A stretch of DNA of 64,000 nucleotides from a virus: IMG/VR virus record IMGVR_UViG_3300044472_000055, positions 57,352-121,351 of that record. One strand, written 5' to 3'. The notes below the pieces were generated by a model. That model was not told the origin of the DNA. It made no database searches and was given only the letters and a program-made list of their open reading frames with translations. Position 1 is the first letter of the stretch. Every line of letters starts with the position of its first letter. The position numbers and the translations under genes are program-made. Below are positions 40,637-48,731 of this stretch, one piece after another.

Positions 40637-42978
40637 CAGATACGAACCTCGGTCTCGGACATCTCGATCGTGCCGACGATGTCCTTGCCGTCGATCTTCA
40701 CGGTGAGCGTGTTCTCGTCGATCGACTTGAATTCCGAGGGCCACACCTGACCGACGATGACGGCGAACTTCTTCTGCGCCATGCGCTGAATCAGACGACG
40801 CGTCTGCGCACGAACGGTCGTCTGCTGGTTCTGCAACCACGCGGCCTTGCCCTCGTCGTTGAGCTTGGCGAGCTTGCTTTCGACGTTGGTGATCACCGGC
40901 TTCATGAGCGCACCGCCACCACCGCCCTTGCCTGCCTTCGCGTTCTCCAACGTGGGCAGCGAGCTGTAGCCCTTGAGCTTCACTTCCAGCTCCTTGGCCA
41001 TGTAGAAGTCGGTGCTCTCGGCCTGCGTCCGCTTCGGTGCGAAGCCCGCGTCGGTGATGCCCTGCTCTTTGAGCCACGCGGCTGCGTCTTCGCCGTACTT
41101 CACGGCGAGGTCACTGTCGGCCGTCTTCGCGCCGGGCGCCTTGGTCTTGACGAACGAGTTGTAGACCTTCTGGTGCGCCTTGGCGTCGAGCAGCTCGTAC
41201 TGCGTCTCGATCAGATCGCGGGCGCTCACCGAGCCCACCATGTTGCGGTTGATGATCGGCAGCGGCTTGAGGTTGATGACCACCGTGCAGGTCGGCAGCG
41301 TGCTGTCACCGATGAGACGCATCGAGGCCTTGTCCTTGAGCATCTGGTAGGTTTGCTTCGAGATCACGACCGGCAGCTGCTCGACGTGGACGAGACCGTC
41401 GGCGACGACGGTGTAGTTGCGCCAGATCTTCGTCGGGAACGTCGTGGGGATGTTCTTCGCCCAGGGCTCCTTCGCGACAACACGTGCAGACAGATCGACC
41501 GTGCCGCCCTTCGTAACGAGCAGTGAGATGTTCGCGCGGTTCTCGTTGTACACGAGGTTCGCGAGCGGATAGCCGTTCGGCGCGGGCGTCGGGACGAACT
41601 TGAGCGCATCACGCTTCGTCGCGAGGAGCGCATCGATCTCGGTCTGGATCTTCTTCAGCTCGGCGGGCTTCTTCGCGGCCGCAAGCTGCACCTTCAGTGC
41701 ATCGAGCTGCTCTTGCTCGGCGACGTAGAAATTCTCGTCGGCGTCGAGCGTCCCACGACTGACGCGCGAGTATTCGAACGATGGGTGGTCGAGCAGGATG
41801 TGCGTTGCCTCGTCCTCGGTGAGGAGCTGCAGCAAGTCGAGGACGGTGAACGCGTCGTCGGCAGGGACCTTCGTCGGGTCGTAGCCGTTCGTGTAGCGAA
41901 CATCCGGGTAGAACGCGGCCGTGCGTGCGGCCTGCATGAACTCGGTGTACTTCTGCTTGCCGAAGCAGCCCGCGAACAGCTCGATGAACGCGACGTCACC
42001 GAGCGTCTTGAGGATGGGGTAGACGATGTCCGGCTTCATGCGGACCGCGAACAGCGAGAGCGCGGCGTAGCATCCGGCAAGCATCGGCTCGTCGTGGTTC
42101 ACCTTCGTCTGCCCGAGGCGATCCTGACGCACGTAGCGTGACATCGCGTCGCCCATGCCGATCTTCGACGGGGACAGGTACCAGACAGCGTCGGTTCCTG
42201 CTGGAACCGTGGCCTGGCCTGCATCGAGCCCGTACGTCGTGATCTCGTGCTTCTCGCTGTCGAGCGCGAACACGAAACCACCGATCGGGTCGCCGTCGAC
42301 CTTCACGGCGAGCTTCTTCTCGCCGACGGCACGCTGTTGCATCTTCGCCTCGAAAGCGGGCACGTACTGATCGAAACGGTCGGCGAAGATGAGCGAACCG
42401 CCGCACTTCTCGGCCATCGCCGAGAGCAGCGGACGGTCGGCGTAGTAGCCGTACTCGACGAACGTCGCCGACGAGAGCTTGCCTGCGATGCCTTCGATCG
42501 CCTTCAGGATGTCTGCACGTGACCACTGGTTGTCACAGCCGTCGCTCATGAAGAAGAGGGCGAACGGGTTGCCGTTCTTCTTGCTGACTCGCGTGATCAG
42601 CTTCTCGGCCTCGACGAGCGGATCCTTGAATCCAGTGAGACCGATCGGGCGCAGCCAGCGATCGATTGCTTTGTGGACGTCCTGCAGATCCTTGAGCGTC
42701 GCGACCGGTTCCGCTTCGATGAGCGCACCCGCTTCGCCGCGCCCGGAGAACCAGATCAACGAGAACGTATCGCCCTCGGCGAGCAGCTGCGGCAGGCGTT
42801 TCTTGAGCTGCTCGCGAATGCGCGGCAGCTCGCCTGTCATGGAGCCACTGCAGTCGATCACAGCCACGTGGTTCGTGGGCTGCGGCGCTGCGGCCGTGGT
42901 GCCTTGCGATGCTGCTACCTGGCGAACCAGATAGAGCGAGGGAGCGATCTCGAAGCTGGTAGCGGGCGTTTTGGTCAT
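40636..42978 (-). CDS. N-terminal vWA domain protein (780 aa)
   Basis: MIDAS VIDCSGSM, T, FMSDG; promoter motif at 42985-43005. Confidence 0.85.
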   Translation of the reverse strand: MTKTPATSFEIAPSLYLVRQVAASQGTTAAAPQPTNHVAVIDCSGSMTGELPRIREQLKKRLPQLLAEGDTFSLIWFSGRGEAGALIEAEPVATLKDLQDVHKAIDRWLRPIGLTGFKDPLVEAEKLITRVSKKNGNPFALFFMSDGCDNQWSRADILKAIEGIAGKLSSATFVEYGYYADRPLLSAMAEKCGGSLIFADRFDQYVPAFEAKMQQRAVGEKKLAVKVDGDPIGGFVFALDSEKHEITTYGLDAGQATVPAGTDAVWYLSPSKIGMGDAMSRYVRQDRLGQTKVNHDEPMLAGCYAALSLFAVRMKPDIVYPILKTLGDVAFIELFAGCFGKQKYTEFMQAARTAAFYPDVRYTNGYDPTKVPADDAFTVLDLLQLLTEDEATHILLDHPSFEYSRVSRGTLDADENFYVAEQEQLDALKVQLAAAKKPAELKKIQTEIDALLATKRDALKFVPTPAPNGYPLANLVYNENRANISLLVTKGGTVDLSARVVAKEPWAKNIPTTFPTKIWRNYTVVADGLVHVEQLPVVISKQTYQMLKDKASMRLIGDSTLPTCTVVINLKPLPIINRNMVGSVSARDLIETQYELLDAKAHQKVYNSFVKTKAPGAKTADSDLAVKYGEDAAAWLKEQGITDAGFAPKRTQAESTDFYMAKELEVKLKGYSSLPTLENAKAGKGGGGGALMKPVITNVESKLAKLNDEGKAAWLQNQQTTVRAQTRRLIQRMAQKKFAVIVGQVWPSEFKSIDENTLTVKIDGKDIVGTIEMSETEVRI

Positions 42979-43107
42979 GCTCCGACGGTAAACGACGGGG
43001 CTGACACTCAGGTGCCACCAGGAGTAATCACCGAGGAGAAACGCTCAGATACACGATTTCTGCGTCGAGGCTGTCAGAAGGCGCCCCTGGCGGCGTCTAG
43101 GGGGCAG

Positions 43108-43416
43108 ATGACGACGAACAACCGGCAGCCCTCAGAACCCGCCACCGAGCGGCGTTATACGGGCATGGACGATCGAACAGAAAACGACCCGTGGGACCCG
43201 ATGGATGGTGTCCTCGAAATCGACAACACAGGCGCCGCGAGCGGCAACATCACCGAGCACTTCACGCGGGATGAGCGTGTGACCTACCCGGATGTCTCGC
43301 GCCTCATCAACGGACGCCCCATTCGTACGCTGTGCGGCCGCGACCTGTATCAGGTGCAGAAGGCGTGCGGCAACGTCCCGTGTCGACGGTGCCAGCAGCT
43401 CGTGGGGCGCGAATGA
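43108..43416 (+). CDS. hypothetical protein (TLCG...CRRC)
   Basis: 102-aa ORF divergent from the vWA gene. Confidence 0.5.
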   Translation: MTTNNRQPSEPATERRYTGMDDRTENDPWDPMDGVLEIDNTGAASGNITEHFTRDERVTYPDVSRLINGRPIRTLCGRDLYQVQKACGNVPCRRCQQLVGRE

Positions 43417-43457
43417 TCGCGCAACTGCGGTATCGACGCCGACCACGGTGTGATCGG

Positions 43458-43545
43458 CTAGCCTTGGAATGCGCTGCTTCGCGCCGCTTCGCTATGCGTT
43501 GCGTAGCTCCGCATCGCAAAGCCTAGCCTCGCGTCGCAAGGCTAG
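43458..43545 (-). repeat. pentamer tract 2: (NNN-GC)x15 + CCAAGGCTAG
   Basis: GC every 5 nt 43471-43541; tail at 43462-43467. Confidence 0.85.
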
Positions 43546-43841
43546 AACGGATTGCGTGCGCTGCCTTTGCAGTCGCAGTTCGTGCGGTGCCGGCGGTCAG
43601 CCTGGCACTGCAAATCGAACGATGGTGCCTCGATGACAATCACTTCAGGTGCACGCTTGACGGCTTCGTCCGCACGCGCCGTGACCATCTGAGCCTGCAC
43701 CGCGATCGGGGGTGCGCTCTCGACTGGAACAGTCGACGACGACTCTTCGATCTCGATCTCCACCTCGACGTCCTCTGTCGGCGTCGGTACCGTCGCAGGT
43801 GGAGTCTCGATGCTGGGGGAGGACTGGCGTTTGCGGCTCAT
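43542..43841 (-). CDS. hypothetical acidic/Pro-rich protein
   Basis: TGATAGGCT 7 nt before ATG. Confidence 0.55.
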   Translation of the reverse strand: MSRKRQSSPSIETPPATVPTPTEDVEVEIEIEESSSTVPVESAPPIAVQAQMVTARADEAVKRAPEVIVIEAPSFDLQCQADRRHRTNCDCKGSARNPF

Positions 43842-44180
43842 GGCCTGCAGCCTATCACTCCTGAAAACAGCTGTGCCCAAGCTTCATGCATGGCGTTCAG
43901 AAGGGGTTTAGGCCTTCCTTCGGTGCATCGGTGCCAGACAGACCGCATCGCTTCTTCGTTAGTGTGGGCCTTTTGGGGCCTACCTCTGTCGCGAGCTGTC
44001 TTCATGCATGGCCTAGCACGCTGAGAAAGGCGCAGCTACTCGTTGCTCCATCGCGACCCTTGCGGATGGCGATGGCTACTAACGAGCGCGTTACGTCTCA
44101 GCTGCCGAGTGCATCGGTGACAGCAACCGCATCGACGCCGCCAGTGGTTAACTGCCAACGTCATCGTCGTTTCATGGTTA

Positions 44181-44257
44181 GGTAGCGGAGATTGGATTTG
44201 AACCAACGACCTCGTGGGTATGAGCCACGCGAGCTGACCGGGCTGCTCTACTCCGCA
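44181..44257 (-). tRNA. tRNA-Met(CAT), initiator-like
   Basis: TGCGGAGTAGAGCAGCCCGGTCAGCTCG...CTCATAC...GGTTCAAATCC; unpaired 1:72; only two of the three anticodon-stem G-C pairs. Confidence 0.85.
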
Positions 44258-44272
44258 ATAATGGATCGCTTC

Positions 44273-44429
44273 TGGCGCCGGGTGTCGGAATTGAACCGAC
44301 CTGGGAAACGACTTGCGTCGTTCCTAGCATGTAGACACTGATGAATGACGAGCATGCTCGTCGAGGATTAGTGTCGGAAGTTCGTGCTTCGTTGATAGCG
44401 AAGTGATCTCACCAGAGATCGAACCCGGC
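44273..44429 (-). ncRNA. 157-nt tRNA-like RNA with 6-bp D stem and large variable-region insert
   Basis: GCCGGGT/ACCCGGC-GCCA; GATCTC-TGGT-GAGATC; CTTCG-CTATCAA-CGAAG; GTCGG-TTCAATT-CCGAC. Confidence 0.75.
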
Positions 44430-44437
44430 AAAGTTGA

Positions 44438-44572
44438 TCGAGAGGGATCGAGTTGCTGTGTCGTGGGACCCTTACGGGTGCCCGGGAATTGAACCCGGAA
44501 CATTCAGATTAGTAGTCTGATGCTCTACCAATTGAGCTAGCGTGTGGACCGCAGCGTAGTGATCACTCTCGA
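44438..44572 (-). ncRNA. tRNA core (D, anticodon ACT, T arms) embedded in an extended terminal stem
   Basis: three perfect arms, broken acceptor stem; TCGAGAGTGATC/GATCCCTCTCGA closing helix. Confidence 0.6.
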
Positions 44573-44573
44573 A

Positions 44574-44704
44574 TCGTCGGGGAAGTTGGAGTCGAACCAA
44601 CCTAGCGTGTAGATGCAACGTGATGACGAGCGTGCTCGTCGAGATGCAGCATCGGAAATTTGGCTTGTTCCAATAACAAGTGCCGCCCACGCGGCTTTTC
44701 CCCG
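44574..44704 (-). ncRNA. 131-nt tRNA-like RNA, paralogue of 44273-44429
   Basis: CGGGGAA/TTCCCCG; GCCGC-GTGG-GCGGC; CTTGT/ACAAG; shared insert; GTTGG-TTCGACT-CCAAC. Confidence 0.7.
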
Positions 44705-44830
44705 AGAAAGAAAAGAATCGTCGTCGACTATTCCGTTGTCAGGTCAAGTTCGCTTACGCGCCCTCAACGAGTTTGTTTCTACACATCGAAGGCGATCGCG
44801 TCAAGCGCTTCGATGCCACCCGCGTGTCAC

Positions 44831-45753
44831 TTAGTGGCAACGCCGCGAACGCGAACGACTTTCGCGATCGGAATTTTTGATCGCAGCCGTTGCCACCAAC
44901 GAAGCTTCGGCAACGCGAACGATCTCCTCTCGGCGCCAGCGGTAGCGCACAGCGAAGCCGTTCGTCTCGTAGATGTACGTCACGTCACCGATGGTGTACC
45001 GGTTCACTTCGTGCCAGACGGCGGGCACGACAACGAGGTCAGCCAAGGATGTACCCACGCTTGTCGAGCTGCACCTGGCCCTCGTCGAGCCACTTCTGAT
45101 GGCTCTCCGTCAGCGCACGTAGCGTGAGCTGATGATCGTAGCGGCCCGTGTGTTCGCAGAATTCGGGGAACACATCCCCGTCACGCGTACGTGGGCACGA
45201 CGCACAGGTCCCCCAACGACCGTTGCGTGCGAAGCACTTCCACGGGATCGCGTTGCGTGCGGCAGCCCAAGCATGAACGTCTTTGGTGATCTTCATGTGC
45301 GAACGACCGTGTCGACGAGATCACGCGCCTTCATTCCGAGCCGTCGACGTTGGCTCGGGCTGAGACGATTGAACCATGCGGCAACCTCACGCAGCTCTGC
45401 TTCGCTATAGGGCGGATCGTCCCAGATGCTGTCGCTTGCGCCAAATTCGTAGTTCGCGTCGGACAGGCTGACGTGGAAGATGCCCCATTCTGGATGCTTG
45501 CGCAGATACTCCGCGAACCATCGGATGCGCTCGGCGTTGAGACTTGTTCGTGCGCTCGGTGCAGTCATCAGCGGTACTCGATCGGGTTTTTCTCGACGAT
45601 GATCTTGATGATGTCGCCGTCAGAGGTCTTGAACGCCCAGTGGTGTTCGTTCTGATGATCCGTACCAACGTTGAGGAGGCGGATGCCGTCGGATTCTCGC
45701 TTCGATTTGATCGTAGCGTCGAGGATGCCAACGAACGTGTCGAACTGGCTCAT
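44831..45753 (-). other. small hypothetical CDSs (44831-45058, 45039-45296, 45293-45568, 45568-45753)
   Basis: coupled ORFs. Confidence 0.5.
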
Positions 45754-46355
45754 GTGGGGATGACTCCGACGGGTGTGATCGAGAAGCCGACCTTGTTGCC
45801 GGTCCTGAGGAAGATCTGCGCCGCTCGCGCGATCCATCCGGCTGTGATGGCGATGAACGGAAGATGCGCGCCGTCTTCGCACGTTGCGCCGCCTTCGCCT
45901 CCGACACCGTCCGGCGTGAAGTACTCGGACCAGATCGCGCGACCGAACTGTCCATCTGCAGCGAGTGCGCCGTGAAGGAGTGGCGGGCTGATCGTCGTCT
46001 TGCCTGGCGCCTGTAGCGTGCACCACGACTTCAACGTCTTGCGCGCCGTGATGTTGTCGACGCAATCGATCACGAGCGTCGAGCCTTTGAGCATGACGTT
46101 GATGTTCGAGTTATCGAGACGATGAATCAGGTGCTCGCTCTTCATGCCCCAGTTCATCTGCAGCGATGAGCTGAGTGCTGCCGCCTTGAGCTTGCCGACG
46201 CTTGCCTTGTTGTGGAACTGGCTCAGCGTGTTCTTCGCCTCGACGCGATCGTAATCGATCAGGCGCAGACGAGCTTCGTTGCGTAGAAGCATGGCGACGT
46301 GCGAGCCGAGGGCTCCGACGCCGACGATGGTAACGAGAGGTTTTTCGTTGGTCAT
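45750..46355 (-). CDS. ThiF/MoeB/E1-like adenylyltransferase
   Basis: IVGVGALGS, IDYDRVE.KN.LSQ, VGKLKA, VIDCVDN..AR; single late Cys (ATCED); no CxxC pairs. Confidence 0.88.
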   Translation of the reverse strand: MTNEKPLVTIVGVGALGSHVAMLLRNEARLRLIDYDRVEAKNTLSQFHNKASVGKLKAAALSSSLQMNWGMKSEHLIHRLDNSNINVMLKGSTLVIDCVDNITARKTLKSWCTLQAPGKTTISPPLLHGALAADGQFGRAIWSEYFTPDGVGGEGGATCEDGAHLPFIAITAGWIARAAQIFLRTGNKVGFSITPVGVIPT

Positions 46356-46878
46356 TGCACGTCTCGCATGATGAGTCCGCTCGCGTAGAACTTCGTTTGC
46401 CGGGCTTGTTCGAGGGTGTATCTGTGGACTGCTTCACGTTCGAGCCAGCGGTCACGGTTGTACTGCAGGATGTGCCAGACGGTTCCGATCACGAGCCCGT
46501 ACGCCACGACGATGATCGTGTGCCAAGGCTCTTCGACGCGATCCCGTAGGAGGTACGTCAGTATGAAACAGCTGCCAATGAGCAGCATGATGGCCTGCAT
46601 GTGCAACCAGAGCGGCTTAATCAGAAGGCGCATTTTATCCCTTGTCGAGAGCATCGACGATGCTGGCGTGTTCTTCGGGTGAAACGAGGCGAGAGCCGTC
46701 AGGCGTGACCATGCGTTCGAGCTTGAGCGCGCCAAGCTTTTTGGAGATTCCTTCGGCGACTTCTCGACGGTTCTTGCCCTTTGGGGCCCAGCCACCGCGT
46801 ACGTACAGCTCGGAAACCGCGTGGAGTAGATAAGCGCGCTCGCTCGCGGTTAGTTCGAGCCTTCCGGCGAAAATGTCT

Positions 46879-47112
46879 TCAAGTGGTGTATCCGCCATAG
46901 CCCCTCTTGGCCTGAGCCTCGCGCGTCGCTTTGCGGAGGTCTCGCCGAACGTTTTTCAATGTACGCCAGTCGCTCGGCGTTGCTGCAACGTGGACGAGAC
47001 CACCGTTGTTGAGACGCAGAGCTATGTGGCCACCGGGTTTGATGGAGAGCTTGCCCCCACCAAACTCAGCTATCAGCCCTTCGAGCTTCGAGCGCCACTC
47101 TTTGATCGTCAC
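46879..47112 (-). CDS. HicA-like small protein
   Basis: GGHIALR...V.VAATPSD.R.LKN.RRDLRK. Confidence 0.55.
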   Translation of the reverse strand: MTIKEWRSKLEGLIAEFGGGKLSIKPGGHIALRLNNGGLVHVAATPSDWRTLKNVRRDLRKATREAQAKRGYGGYTT

Positions 47113-47113
47113 G

Positions 47114-47497
47114 TTAGTAGGGCCGACCGCAGGTATGGCAACATTGAACACGCGGTGATGCCTGCGTTGGGCCGGTCGGCGGATCGTACGGACGATATCC
47201 ACCGGGAGCCATGCCGAAGGGCGTCTTCGGGCGCAGCATGATCAGGTTGTAGTCGCGTCCCTCAGTAGGCCCGAAGCGATCGACGACGAAGTCACTGATG
47301 TCGGCGTTCGCGTCGGCTGCGATGCCAGGGATCGACCCTGCGCGCAGTGCTTCGGTGATCATGCGCTTGATGTCGACCTCGCTCGAATCGACGTGCACGG
47401 GATCGGGCAGCTCGTTGTTGCCGCCCGCGTACGTGACGTTGACGCGAGCCTGATCAGGGCGAAGGACGTGGACTAGTGCGTTGTCGTTGTTGTTCAT
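47114..47497 (-). CDS. ubiquitin-like (beta-grasp) protein with C-terminal extension after RPKTPFG
   Basis: ARVNVTYAG...ELPDPV...IKRMITEALR...DFVVDRF...IMLRPKTPFG; lies between JAB and E1 genes. Confidence 0.65.
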   Translation of the reverse strand: MNNNDNALVHVLRPDQARVNVTYAGGNNELPDPVHVDSSEVDIKRMITEALRAGSIPGIAADANADISDFVVDRFGPTEGRDYNLIMLRPKTPFGMAPGGYRPYDPPTGPTQASPRVQCCHTCGRPY

Positions 47498-47811
47498 GGT
47501 TTCTGTACCTGGTGTGGAAGTAGCTGTGCCTGTTGAATGGTCTCGGGCGTTGCGGCACGCACAACGTCGAGATGTTCTGCTTCGTAAGCTGTGTATGTTC
47601 CTTCACGAGGCCAGCGGTCAAGTTCGACGCGAGATGTCCCCGCAATGAACCCGATCACGATCCACTCGCCCTTGAACGTCGGCTCTCGCCTCCGCATCCT
47701 AGGGGAGAAGCGCAAGATGTCCCCGAGCTTCACGTAGAGTGCCGCTCCCGTGCGAGCGTTGTACTGTGCTTCACGCACTCGCGCTAGCAGCTCTTTGTAC
47801 CGATCCTGCAC

Positions 47812-48216
47812 CTAGTACCTGCTGCGTTGGCGAAGCTCGGCGACCCACGGCGTGTCGTCGATAGCAGATACTTGACGACGTTGTTCGCCGACTATGGTTG
47901 TCACAACCAGCATGTCACTGGATGTGATCCACCAGGTAAGACGAACTCCGAGTGCACGCTCGATCGCGAGGAACGTGCTCATGTCCGTGTCCGAGGGCCA
48001 CGGCATGCCGCTGCCCGGATGGCTGTGAGCGAAGCCCTTCAGGATGCCGCGCTGATGCGCGTCCCACAGAACGCCCCACAGACGGGGAGAATCAGGGAGA
48101 GCACCGCTCGAACGTCCGTGCGGTTCGTGCCAGAAGAGCACCTCGTCGTTTTTGCCGATGACACAGCCCGCTTCCATCACGACTTCACCTCGCTCGGCGA
48201 GAAGATTTCTTTCCAT
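47812..48216 (-). CDS. JAB/MPN+ (JAMM) metallopeptidase
   Basis: MEAGCVI...GFAHSHPGSGMPWPSDTD (E...HxH-x7-S-x2-D). Confidence 0.88.
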   Translation of the reverse strand: MERNLLAERGEVVMEAGCVIGKNDEVLFWHEPHGRSSGALPDSPRLWGVLWDAHQRGILKGFAHSHPGSGMPWPSDTDMSTFLAIERALGVRLTWWITSSDMLVVTTIVGEQRRQVSAIDDTPWVAELRQRSRY

Positions 48217-48731
48217 GCCTTCTCGCCGATCTGTTGGCGTGCCTTTGCGAGATCACCTTCGATACGCGTCTTCGCGACACGAAGGTTCTGACTTGCCGTG
48301 TGCTCGTCCCTGAGACGGGCTTCGGCAAGCTCCAGCGATTTGGCGATTGCGGTCGCCCGTTCCTGGGCTTTGAGCATCGCTGCGGCTGCCTGATCCTTTT
48401 CTGCGCGAGCGGTACGGGCGTTCTCCCACGCCTCGTCGAGGCGATGCTGCAGCTCTACTTCCTTAGAGGCCACGTCGGAGTCTTTCCACACGACGAAGAT
48501 CAGCACGTCTCCAAACTCGACACGCTTACGGAGAATCGTCGGCCTCGCGTAGTGGTCACGCTCCCTCGCGCTCTTATACGCCTCTGATGAGAGCGGAACC
48601 TCTTCCTCAGCCGTGAAGAAGCGCTTCTCTGTGCGTGGCTCACCTTCGACGAGTTGCCAACCTTCTTGTGTGGCTTCATAGAGCTTGTCTGACGTGACGG
48701 CTTTGTAGAGCTTCATGTTGGGTGTCTCCAT
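48177..48731 (-). CDS. hypothetical coiled-coil protein
   Basis: heptad-rich C-terminal half. Confidence 0.55.
   Translation of the reverse strand: METPNMKLYKAVTSDKLYEATQEGWQLVEGEPRTEKRFFTAEEEVPLSSEAYKSARERDHYARPTILRKRVEFGDVLIFVVWKDSDVASKEVELQHRLDEAWENARTARAEKDQAAAAMLKAQERATAIAKSLELAEARLRDEHTASQNLRVAKTRIEGDLAKARQQIGEKAWKEIFSPSEVKS

Noticed and set aside
44273-44429. tRNA-Sec (selC) or tmRNA
   Set aside because: The D arm is Sec-like but the loop is CTATCAA, not CTTCAAA, and the acceptor is 7 bp; it is too short for tmRNA, retains D and anticodon stems, and shows no tag ORF.
45750-46355. ThiF/MoeB for thiamine or molybdopterin synthesis
   Set aside because: No thiS/thiG/moaD/moaE context; JAB and Ubl neighbours favour conjugation.
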